From: Mobula hypostoma
Taxonomy: Eukaryota
NCBI RefSeq assembly: GCF_963921235.1
Contig: NC_086097.1
Coordinates: forward strand, 109,742,001 to 109,806,000
Direction of reading: 5' to 3'
Length of the DNA: 64,000 nucleotides
Shown here in pieces: positions 12,174-21,631 of the stretch. The notes beneath the pieces were generated by a model. It saw only the letters and a list, made by a program, of their open reading frames with translations, had not been told where the DNA came from and did not search any database. The stretch's first letter is position 1; each line of letters starts with the position of its first letter. The position numbers and the translations under genes were made by a program.

Positions 12174-14026
12174 AAATGTTGATATGTAAAAAGGAAAAGA
12201 CTGGTAAAGACAAATGTAGGTCCCCCTGCAGACAGAAACAGGTGAATTGATATAGGGAGCAAGGACATGGCAGACCAATTGAATAATTACTTTGGTTCTG
12301 TCTTCACTAAGGAGGACATAACTAATCTTCCAGAAATAGTAGGGGACAGAGGGTCCAGTAAGATGGAGGAACTGAGCGAAATACATGTTAGTAGGGAAGT
12401 GGTGTTAGGTAAATTGAAGGGATTGAAGGCAGATAAATCCCCAGGGCCAGATGGTCTGCATCCCAGAGTGCTTAAGGAAGTAGCCCAAGAAATAGTGGAT
12501 GCATTAGTGATAATTTTTCAAAACTCGTTAGATTCTGGACTAGTTCCTGAGGATTGGAGAGTGGCTAATGTAACCCCACTTTTTAAAAAAGGAGGGAGAG
12601 AGAAACCGGGGAATTATAGACTGGTTAGCCTAACGTCGGTGGTGGGGAAACTGCTGGAGTCAGTTATCAAAGATGTGATAACAGCACATTTGGAAAGCGG
12701 TGAAATGATCGGACAAAGTCAGCATGGATTTGTGAAAGGAAAATCATGTCTGACGAATCTCATAGAATTTTTTGAGGATGTAACTAGTAGAGTGGATAGG
12801 GGAGAACCAGTGGATGTGGTATATTTGGATTTTCAAAAGGCTTTTGACAAGGTCCCACACAGGAGGTTAGTGTGCAAACTTAAAGCACACGGTATTGGGG
12901 GTAAGGTATTGACGTAGATGGAGAATTGGTTAGCAGACAAGAAGCAAAGAGTGGGAATAAACGGGACCTTTTCAGAATGGCAGGCGGTGACTAGTGGGGT
13001 ACTGCAAGGTTCAGTGCTGGGACCCCAGTTGTTTACAATATATATTAATGACTTGGATGAGGGAATTAAATGCAACATCTCCAAGTTTGCGGATGACACG
13101 AAGCTGGGTGGCAGTGTTAGCTGTGAGGAGGATGCTAAGAGGATGCAGAGTGACTTGGATAGGTTGGGTGAGTGGGCAAATTCATGGCAGATGCAATTTA
13201 ATGTGGATAAATGTGAAGTTATCCACTTTGGTGGCAAAAATAGGAAAACAGATTATTATCTGAATGGTGGCCGATTAGGAAAAGGGGAGGTGCAACGAGA
13301 CCTGGGTGTCATTATACACCAGTCATTGAAAGTGGGCATGCAGGTACAACAGGCGATGAAAAAGGCGAATGGTATGCTGGCATTTATAGCGAGAGGATTC
13401 GAGTACAGGAGCAAGGAGGTACTACTGCAGTTGTACAAGGCCTTGGTGAGACCACACCTCGAGTATTGTGTGCAGTTTTGGTCCCCTAATCTGAGGAAAG
13501 ACATCCTTGCCATAGAGGGAGTACAAAGAAGGTTCACCAGATTGATTCCTGGGATGGCAGGACTTTCATATGAAGAAAGACTGGATGAACTGGGCTTGTA
13601 CTCGTTGGAATTTAGAAGATTGAGGGGTGATCTGATTGAAACGTATAAAATCCTAAAGGGATTGGACAGGCTAGATGCAGGAAGATTGTTCCCGATGTTG
13701 GGGAAGTCCAGAACGAGGGGTCACAGTCACGAGGATAAAGGGGAAGCCTTTTAGGACCGAGATTAGGAAAAACTTCTTCACACAGAGAGAGGTGAATCTG
13801 TGGAATTCTCTGCCACAGGAAACAGTTGAGGCCAGTTCATTGGCTATATTTAAGAGGGAGTTAGATATGGCCCTTGTGGCTACGGGGATCAGGGGGTATG
13901 GAGGGAAGGCTGGGGCAGGGTTCTGAGTTGGATGATCAGCCATGATCATAATAAATGGCAGTGCAGGCTCGAAGGGCTGAATGGCCTACTCCTGCACCTA
14001 TCTTCTATGTTTCTATGTTTCTATGT
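12174..14026 (+). mobile_element. Young 5'-truncated CR1 LINE
   Basis: Nearly open ORF2, a 3' hairpin AGGC...GCCT, a (TTCTATGT)3 tail, and a 6-bp TSD AAAAGG (12168-12173 and 14027-14032). Confidence 0.96.
12267..13926 (+). pseudogene. CR1 ORF2 reverse transcriptase region, truncated
   Basis: Motifs KSPGPDGLHPRVLKE, YLDFQKAFDKVPH, QGSVLGP, KFADDTKL and HLEYCVQFWSP. One TAG at 12915-12917 (a conserved Trp position) and one frameshift near 13730. Confidence 0.93.
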
Positions 14027-14416
14027 AAAAGGGCTGTTTACTCACGATCCCCATGCAATCTGACAGAACTTGAGCAGTTTTGTAAAGAAGAATGGGGAAA
14101 AGTTGCAGTGTCCAGATGTGCAAAGCTGATGGAGATCTATCCACATAGACTCAAGGCTGTGATTGCTGACAAAGGTGCTGCTACTAAATACTGACTTGAA
14201 GGGGGTGAATACATATGCAATCAATTATTTTATGATTTACATTAGTAATTAATTTACATCACTTTGTAGAGTTCTGTTTTCACTTTTACACATAAGGTTC
14301 TTTTTCTGTTGATCAGTCTCAAAAAAGCCAAATTAAATACACTGTGATTCAATGTTGTAAGATAATAAAATGTGAAAACTTCCAAGGGAGGGTGATTAAT
14401 TTTTATAGGCGCTGTA

Positions 14417-14740
14417 TATGTTGCTATATACTACCTTGAGATTCATTTCCTTGCAGGCATTCAAAGAGAAAAAAGGAATACAATAGAATTTTATGAAAAC
14501 CTACATGAACGGACAACATCTGACAAAGAACCACATCCTGCAAATGGAAGTAACACTGAGAACATGAGTTGAAATGTCCTTAAAAGTGAGACCATAGGTA
14601 ATAGAATTAGTTAAGAGTAGAGGTGAATGTAGTTATTCATGCTGGTTCATGACCCTGATGGTGGTAGGGTCATAACTGGTCCTGAACCTGGTGGTGTTGG
14701 TCCTAAGGCTTCTGGACCTCCTGTCCAATGGTAGTAGCAG
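14417..14740 (-). mobile_element. Rex1/Babar-like LINE 3' end
   Basis: The reverse complement of 14644-14737 translates LLPLDRRSRSLRTNTTRFRTSYDPTTIRVMN, resembling the Rex1/Babar C-terminus. A similar + strand piece lies at 15655-15760. Confidence 0.6.
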
Positions 14741-14945
14741 ACATAATATTCTCTGTATATCAAGCACCCAACTCCTTGTTATCTTAAACATATTTATATT
14801 ATCACCATTACGTCATATTCCAACATCGCCATTTCTACCTGCAAGTTTAGCAACCTTATTCATCACTTTTTTGTACACTAAAGCAGGTCATGAATTTCTT
14901 CAAAATGGTTTGAGTTAAATATTCCCACAGAAATACTAATTCCTT

Positions 14946-15230
14946 AGACCATAAGACACAAGAGCAGAATTAGGCCATTTGGCCCATCGAGTCTACTCTG
15001 CCATTTCATCATGGCTAATCCATTACCCTCTCAGCCCCAGTCCCTGTATCCCTTCATGCCCTGATTAATCAAGAACTTGTCAACCTCTGTGTTAAATATA
15101 CCCAATGACCTGGCCTCCACAGCTGCCCGTAGCAACGAATTCCACAAGTTCACCACTCTCTGGCTAAAGACGTTCCTCCTCATGTCCATTCTAAATGTAC
15201 ATCCTTCTATTCTGAGGCTATGACCTTATT
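14946..15230 (-). mobile_element. CR1 LINE 3' end fragment
   Basis: The reverse complement has AGAGAGTGGTGAACTTGTGGAATTCG...GTGGAGGCCAGGTCATTGGGTATATTTAA and the tail GGGCCAAATGGCCTAATTCTGCTC...TCTTATGGTCT. Confidence 0.85.
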
Positions 15231-15654
15231 TCTAAATATTCTAACAGTTTATATTTGCAATGACACAAAACATTAGGGGAGAATTCCGTTGCTGTGAGAG
15301 ATTGCAATCTGAACAGTTTGCAAGTCAGAAATGCTGCTGCAAACGTAAATCCCACACAACAGAAAATGGCAGTAGCCCTGCAGCAGACAGCAAATCCATC
15401 TCACCTGTTTCCCAAACATTCATTCAGAAGGACAGGTGAGAAGAACCTGTACTGTGAATAGTGGAATTGAAGAAGGGGTCAGTTGAATTATTTTGTTCAG
15501 TTCTAGTGGACTCGTTATAAAATAAGTGTGGAAATATTGGGGAATCCAGAAAAGATTTACAATAATAGTTTCAAGGATGAGGTACTACAGTTATACGTAT
15601 AGATTTGACAGACTTGGACTGTTTGTGAAAGAGAGGACCTGAAGCAAGAGAAGA

Positions 15655-15760
15655 AGCTTGGGTCCCACATACCAAGGTTCAGGAACAGTCAGAACCCTTC
15701 AGCCATCAGACTCCTGAACTGGCCTGGAAAACTTCACTCTCCTCAACTCTGAACTGACTC
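15655..15760 (+). mobile_element. Rex1/Babar-like LINE 3' fragment
   Basis: CCAAGGTTCAGGAACAGT...CCTTCAGCCATCAGACTCCTGAAC encodes RFRNS...PSAIRLLN. Confidence 0.55.
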
Positions 15761-17065
15761 CACTGGAGAACAAAGATTTTGCTTGAATACTTTTGGGTGT
15801 ATCTCATGGATTTGGGGCTGCTGATCATGAAAATCAGCATGAAATTTCCCTGTCATGCACCATTTTTAGCAATCACCTATATTTATTATTTCAATTCATA
15901 ATTCAATTCAATTTAAATGTTGTCCCAGATCCTTTTTGCCCACAATGTAAACTGAAATGTTTTCTATCTTGTCCAGGCCTACCTGGACATGATTTGGGTT
16001 GCCAGTGTGACCCACAACAATGGCGTCTTTTTATTGATTCTTCAGTGTTAAGCCTGAAACCTGTGCTGCTACACAATGGCAGTGCCCACCCTTCAATACC
16101 AATCCACTATACATGAAGGAAATCTACTGAAATCTGGCAGCCTTGTTGAAACACGTACAGCACAGCATCTACAACTGGAACATCTAGGGTGATCTGAAAT
16201 AGTAGTACTGCCACTATGAATGCAGCTCAGATACACCAAATAATGCTGTTGTATTTGCAAATTGGACAGCCGTGCTAAAGAATCTCATTACATTAAAAAG
16301 GATTGACCACTCCATAAGCAGTTGGTTCCTGGGCAGGAAAGTGTGGCACATAAGCCACTTGTAGACTCAGCAAAGATATTTTTCCTCATCCTCAGATAAA
16401 ACTGGGGCTTAGGAAATAACAAGCAATGAACAAGGAAGGTGAAGGATTTTGATATATAAGATAGATGTTTCCCAGAATAACTGATGTCAAGATTAAGGAA
16501 GGCATTTTTGTTGGTCTACAAATCAAACAAGTCATCAATGACAGGCAATCATAAGAACTTCCAGTGGGACCAAAGAAAATCACATGAAAGGCATTCAAGG
16601 AAGTTGTTGAAACATCCTTTCTTGGCAACTACAGAGCACCAAACTACATGCAGCTGGTTGACAACATGTTTCTAGCATACAAAACCATGAAGTGCAACAT
16701 GTCACTACAGATTCATTTTCTGCCTTCCCAATTAGACTTCTTCCCTGCAAGTCTTGACACTGTCAGTGACGAGCATGGTGAGAGGTTTCACCAGGACATT
16801 GCGGTCATGGAGAAAAGGTATCAGGGCAACTGGAATCCATCAATGATGGCTGATATTGTTGGACACGTAAGTGAGAAGCCTCAGACACTCAAACAAAAAT
16901 CATCAACAAAACATCTTTAGCTTAGTTGAGCTATTGTAAAGAGTCAGCACCATTACATTAAATGCACTGTACTCAATAAAAGTTAATTTCTCATTTCTCC
17001 AAATTCCTATGTGATACAAGTAGTCTAAAATTAACTTTGCGTTCACCATCAAGCAGCATTTCCTT
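15761..17065 (+). mobile_element. Chapaev3-like (CMC superfamily) DNA transposon remnant
   Basis: Starts CACTGG. Translated fragments DPQQWRLFIDSSVLSLKPVLLHNG..PSIPI, KIKEGIFVG and MSLQIHFLPSQLDFFP...VSDEHGERFHQDIAVMEKRYQGNWNPSMMAD match Chapaev3-type transposase motifs as I recall them. The right terminus was not located. Confidence 0.75.
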
Positions 17066-17118
17066 TGTAGAATTTTGCCATCCCTTCTGTTTTTTTCTAT
17101 CAGAATCAATAACACGTT

Positions 17119-17216
17119 GCAGTACAGATAAAATCCAATAGCCTATTAGTCCATTGAAGTATAGTGGGCAGTACAGATAAAATCCAATAGCCTATTAGTC
17201 CATTGAAGGAGAGTGG
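17119..17216 (+). repeat. 49-bp tandem duplication (2 copies)
   Basis: GCAGTACAGATAAAATCCAATAGCCTATTAGTCCATTGAAG occurs at 17119 and 17168. Confidence 0.95.
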
Positions 17217-17845
17217 GATCTTGAATCCAAATCCATCACTCTGTCAATGTGGTCACACAGATCAACAGGGTGATATAGAAGGAGTATGACATGTTTACTT
17301 TTCTTAGTCAAGGTACTGAGTCAGAAAGTTATGGTGCAGATTTATAAAGTTCTGATTAGGCATATCTAGAGTATTGCATTCAATTCTTTAACATTAATGT
17401 GCATTAAGTTTACTTTGACTTTGAATCCTAGCATCCTGGCTGGATTAGAGGGTTTGTGGGAGAGGCTGGTCAAGCTAGGGTTGTTTACTTTGGAGCAGTG
17501 GAGGCTAAGGAGAGACCTGAAGTTTATAAAATTATCAGATAGTGTAGACAACCTGCATTTTTCTCAAGGGTGGATATCTAATATTAAAGATTATGCATTT
17601 CAGGTGAGTTGTAAAGAGATATGAAGAGCAGGTTTTTTATCCAGAGCAGTGTCTGGAAAACACAGCCAGTGGTTACTGTGGAGGCAAACTTGACTGAGTC
17701 ATTTTAGAATCTCTTAGAAAGGCACATGGATATATAGAAATAGAGGTTTATGCAGGTGGAAGGGATTAGGTGTCATTATCTTAATTGTTTTAACATTAGA
17801 TTGTGGGCTGAAGTACCTGTTACTGTGCTAAACTGCTCTATGTTC
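17119..17845 (+). mobile_element. Decayed CR1 LINE 3' part
   Basis: The ORF at 17397 contains ERLVKLGLFTLEQWRLRRDL. Tail GGGCTGAAGTACCTGTTACTGTGCTAAACTGCTCTATGTT. Confidence 0.8.
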
Positions 17846-18119
17846 CAGGGAATCCACACATACTTCATGGAAGAGCAAATCAGACAGCCTGACTCTCCCA
17901 CCCTTTCCAAAAATCTCAGTAATTCTACTTCTATTCAAACTCTTACCCAGTTCTCTGATTTTGCTGACAGCCAGCACAAAGGCTATGTGGGAAATAAGAA
18001 TTCTGGGGTCCTGCAAGTCCTGGGAAGTGAGGAGCTCATCTCAGTGTAACAGCATCTCAACCATTACACTGTTGCAATATGTAAGGATGAAACATTATTG
18101 ATGTTTACTCTTTGCAATG

Positions 18120-18655
18120 GATGGCACAGTAGTGTGGTGGTTAGTATAATGCTTTACAGTACCAACGACCAGGGTTCAATTCCTGCTGCTGCCTATCATA
18201 CAGAGGAGCACTTTGAGTAATAGAATAAGACAACTGCATAGCTCCAAAGAGCGCCATATGAGGTCATTCTTACCCTCGGCCATTAGGCTCTATAATGAGT
18301 CAACCTGCAGCCGGGGAAGTAATGCCCCCTCCTGCTAAACTGTTTGTGGAAACTTACTTTTTATTCTTTTTACCTCTCTTCTAATATTTATATTTGTGCA
18401 CTTGTAATACTACTGTGACGCTGTAATTTCCATAGGGATCAATAAAGTATCTATCTATCTATCCATCTACACTCTCCCCATGACTGCATAAGTTTCCTCC
18501 CACAGTTCAACATCATCCCGGTTGGTAGGTTAATAAGTCATTGTAAATTGTCCTGTGATTAGGCTAGGATTAAATCGGGGGATTTGCTAGGTGGCATGGC
18601 TCAAAGGGCTGGAATGGTCTACTCCATGTGTATCTCAATAAATAAATAGATAAAG
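18120..18655 (+). mobile_element. tRNA-derived SINE (V-SINE/HE1-like), interrupted at ~18196-18470
   Basis: A-box-like TAGTGTGGTGG and B box GGTTCAATTCC. The body resumes at ~18470, is collinear with the SINE at 21037-21321, and ends in a CR1-like tail plus (AATA)n. Confidence 0.75.
18196..18469 (+). mobile_element. Rex1/Babar-like LINE 3' end inserted in the SINE
   Basis: Encodes QRSTLSNRIRQLHSSKERHMRSFLPSAIRLYN, followed by AATAAA and a (TATC)n tail. Confidence 0.7.
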
Positions 18656-18659
18656 CTAT

Positions 18660-18850
18660 AGAGTAATCAAACACGGAAACAGCCCCATTGGCCCAACTGG
18701 CCCATGCTGACCTAGTTTTCCATCTAAACTAGTCCGCTTTGCCTGCGTTTGGCCCATATCACTCTGAAACTTTCTTATTCAGGTAGCTGTCCAAGTTCTT
18801 CTTAGATGTTGTTATCAACCACTTCCTCTGGCAGCTCAGTCCATATGAAT
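18660..18850 (-). mobile_element. CR1 LINE 3' end fragment
   Basis: The reverse complement has TGGACTGAGCTGCCAGAGGAAGTGGTTGA (W.ELPEEVV) and a GGGCCAGTTGGGCCAATGGG tail region. Confidence 0.7.
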
Positions 18851-19523
18851 TGGACATATTGAATCACTTTGTACAATGCATGTAGATTGTCTTGTCTGCT
18901 TGTCTTCACTGCATATAATATGAATAAAGTATATGTATGGATAAGTATGTTCACTGTTAAACTGCACAAGGGAATCTGCCTCAAATACTCAGAAATCTCT
19001 TACCATCCTCCCAATCACAACGTCACCTCCTTCGCCATTAACTCTTCTTCACCTCTCACCAACACCTCCTGAATCTCAAATCATCTAGCAAGATGAGTTC
19101 TAATCTATCGAAAAAGCCTAAAAGATCTGGTAAGGGTGTTACACTTAGCATAAAACTAGACATAATTAAGCCTTTTGATCATGGTGAACGAAGTACGGAC
19201 AAAGTGAGGTTGGCTTGTGGAAGTTGACGAAGATGATGTTGAAGAGGTTTTGGCATCCCAGATGAAGAGCTGATGCAATTGGAAGAGGAAAGGAATATAA
19301 TCGAAACCAAAAGAGTAATGATAAAGTACGACTTTAATTCTGAAAGGGTACGTTGGAGGGCATATTTGCAAGATGGTTTGAGTCCTTACAAAGAACTGTA
19401 TGATAAAAAAAAATGCGCGAGGCTCAGCAGTCAAGCATACTGTCGTTTTTCAAGACTTCCACATCAGCCACAGCAGACGACGAACTTCGACCTTTGACAT
19501 CAAGGCAGGCAGACATAGAAGAA

Positions 19524-20114
19524 ACACACATCAAAGTTGCTGGTGAACGCAGCAGGCCAGGCAGCATCTCTAGGAAGAGGTACAGTTGACATTTCAGGCT
19601 GAAACCCTTCGTCAGGACTAACTGAAGGAAGAGTTAGTAAGAGATTTGTAAGTGGGAGGGGGAGGGGGAGATCCAAAATGATAGGAGAAGACAGGAGGGG
19701 GAGGGATGGAGCCAGGAGCTGGACAGGTGATTGGCAAAGGGAATGTGAGAGGATCATGAGACAGGAGGTCCAGAAAGAAAGACAAGAGGGGGGAACCCAG
19801 GGGATGGGCAAGGGGTATAGTCAGAGGGACAGAGGGAGAAAAAGGAGACTGAGAGAAAGAATGTGTGTATAAAAATAAATAACGGATGGGGTACAAGGGG
19901 GAGGTGGGGCATTAGCGGAAGTTAGAGCAGTCAATGTTCATGCCATCAGGTTGGAGGCTACCCAGACGGAATATAAGGTGTTCTTCCTTCAACCTGAGTG
20001 TGGCTTCACCTTTACAGTAGAGGAGGCCGTGGATAGACATGTCAGAATGGGAATGGGATGTGGAATTAAAATGTGTGGCCACTGGGAGATCCTGCTTTCC
20101 CTGGCAGACAGAGC
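19524..20114 (-). mobile_element. Penelope-like element, 5'-truncated, inserted in the Tigger-like element
   Basis: The minus strand encodes QDLPVATHFNSTSHSHSDMSIHGLLYC...EEHLIFRLGSLQPDGMNI, homologous to 7200-7360. Perfect 10-bp TSD CATAGAAGAA (19514-19523 and 20115-20124). Confidence 0.9.
19583..19620 (-). ncRNA. Minimal hammerhead ribozyme motif (decayed) in PLE 3' end
   Basis: Reverse complement TAGTC-CTGACGA-A-GGGT-TTCA-GCCT-GAAA-TGTC-AACTG: CUGANGA and GAAA cores, GUC triplet, stems with wobbles and a mismatch. Confidence 0.6.
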
Positions 20115-20174
20115 CATAGAAGAAGATGACCTGCTTGCTCTGATGGAAACAGACGACACCCCAGTGTCCTACCA

Positions 20175-20502
20175 CCCCAACCCCCAGGCCGCGGACAGAT
20201 ACCGATTCACGGAGAATGCAGCGGTCGCCGGGAGGAACACACCACATCTTTAAGAAAAAAGACGAAATAAACAAGCTAATTAATTAGGTGCCGCCCGGCA
20301 CATAAATGTCGGCCCAGATCAGAGGCGACGCAATCGGCAATCACCTCTGATCTGGGCCGACAATTACGTGCCGGGCGGCACCTAATTAATTAGCATGTTT
20401 ATTTCGGCTTTTTTCTTAAAGATGTGCTGTGTGCCTCCTGGCTACTGCCGTACCCTTGCATGTTTCGCGGATCGGTATCGGTTCGCTGCCTGGAGGGTGG
20501 GG
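20175..20502. repeat. ~330-bp imperfect inverted repeat (foldback)
   Basis: GCTAATTAATTAGGTGCCGCCCGGCAC...TGTCGGCCCAGATCAGAGG is mirrored by CCTCTGATCTGGGCCGACA...GTGCCGGGCGGCACCTAATTAATTAGC. Centre is at ~20333. Confidence 0.93.
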
Positions 20503-21036
20503 GTCACTGCACCATCCCAACCTGCGATGACTCAGTCTAACACATCATCATCAGTGTGCTCGGCAAGCTGTCTTCCAAGTTCCCATAAGTGATACTACAC
20601 TGTATGAACATTATTTGTACCTTATATCGGCTGTGTATTTTTACGTGTTATTTGGTATGATTTGGCAGCTTCATAGCTTAAAGGTTACTGGAGAGCGCTT
20701 GCGTGTGTTTCTGCCGAGGGCGCTTGCGTGAGATTTTCACTACGGAGAACAGTTCAGGCAATGATTGTGGAAAAGTATTTCCACTTTATATAGGCTGTGT
20801 ATTTATCATATCATTCCTGCTTTTACTATATGTTACTGTTATTTTAGGTTTTATGTGTTATTTGGCATGATTTTGTAGGTTATTTTTTGGGTCTGTGAAT
20901 GCTCACAAAATTTTCCCATATAAGTAAAAGGTAATTGCTTCTTTGCTTTACGACAATCCAGCTTACGAACCATTTCATAGGAACGCTCTACCTTCGGATG
21001 GCGGGAGAAGACTGTATTCTGTATACTTTAATGTAT

Positions 21037-21321
21037 TTTTTATTTACTGAGATACAGCGTGGAATAAGCCCTTCCACCCAAGCCTCAAGCCGCACCACCC
21101 AACAATCCCTCAATTTAATTGTAACCTAATCATAGGACTATCACAATGACCAATTACCTACCAACTGGTAATCTTTGGACTGTTGGAAGAAACCAGAGTG
21201 CCTGGAGAAAAGCCACATGGTCACAGGGAGAACTTGTGAACTCCTTACAGGCAGCAGTGGGAATTGAACCCCTCACAGGGACTGTAAAATGTTGTGCCAG
21301 CCACTATGCTACGGTGCTGCC
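21037..21321 (-). mobile_element. tRNA-derived SINE (V-SINE/HE1-like), near full length
   Basis: The reverse complement starts GGCAGCACCGTAGCATAGTGG, has B box GGTTCAATTCC (21260-21270), and ends in an A-rich tail. Homologous to 18120-18655. Confidence 0.8.
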
Positions 21322-21489
21322 TGACTTTTGCTCTGTCGTGTACAGAAGCAGAAGTCAAACATACACGAAACATAGGACAAAGGGTGCAAATGAGAACTGC
21401 TAGAAATGATCGTGCAGTTTCACAAAGCCTAAAGGAAGCAAGACAGGATAGACACAAAAATCCAGCAAACTGAAAAGCTTCAATCTGCA

Positions 21490-21631
21490 GATAGGACATA
21501 GAACAGTTCAGCACAGTACAGGCCTTTCAGCATACGATGTTGTGCCACTACTTTAACATACTCTGTTCAATTTTCTCCTCAAAAGCACTTCATTTGCTGT
21601 CATCCACGTGTTTATCTAAGAGTCTCTTAAA
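21490..21631 (-). mobile_element. CR1 LINE 3' terminus continuous with the satellite
   Basis: The reverse complement reads TTTAAGAGACTCTTAGATAAACACGTGGATG (FKRLLDKHVD) ...GGCACAACATCGTATGCTGAAAGGCCTGTACTGTGCTGAACTGTTCTATGTCCTAT. This matches the CR1 end at 8219-8362. Confidence 0.9.

Larger units (their letters stand above)
11324..14194 (+). pseudogene. Tc1 DD34E-type transposase pseudogene (11324-12173 joined to 14033-14194)
   Basis: Begins MNAKEHFKQLCEKVIEKHK*GDGYK. Later motifs are [29 protein letters not shown] and, after the CR1, KRAVYSRSPCNLTELEQFCKEEW...KGAATKY*. Contains stops and frameshifts. Confidence 0.92.
11011..14414 (+). mobile_element. Tc1-family DNA transposon (defective), split by a CR1
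   Basis: TA TSD at 11009-11010 and 14415-14416. Terminal inverted repeats: CAGTGTCTATAAAAAGTATTCACCCC... matches the reverse complement of the right end over ~150 bp. Transposase remnants lie inside. Confidence 0.95.
19093..21014 (+). mobile_element. Internally deleted Tigger/pogo-like DNA transposon
   Basis: The ATG at 19093 gives MSSNLSKKPKRSGKGVTLSIKLDIIKPFDHGERSTD (CENP-B/psq-like N-terminus). This is joined almost directly to C-terminal motifs EDDVEEVLAS, DEELMQLEEER and YKELYDKKK. The right end is ...GGGAGAAGACTG+TA. The left TIR was not found. Confidence 0.7.

Noticed and set aside
12267..13754. Functional reverse transcriptase gene
   Set aside because: It is 5'-truncated with no endonuclease domain or promoter, and has an in-frame stop and a frameshift.
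18120..18195. tRNA gene
   Set aside because: A and B boxes are present but there is no convincing cloverleaf. It is the head of a SINE that has a second copy at 21037-21321.
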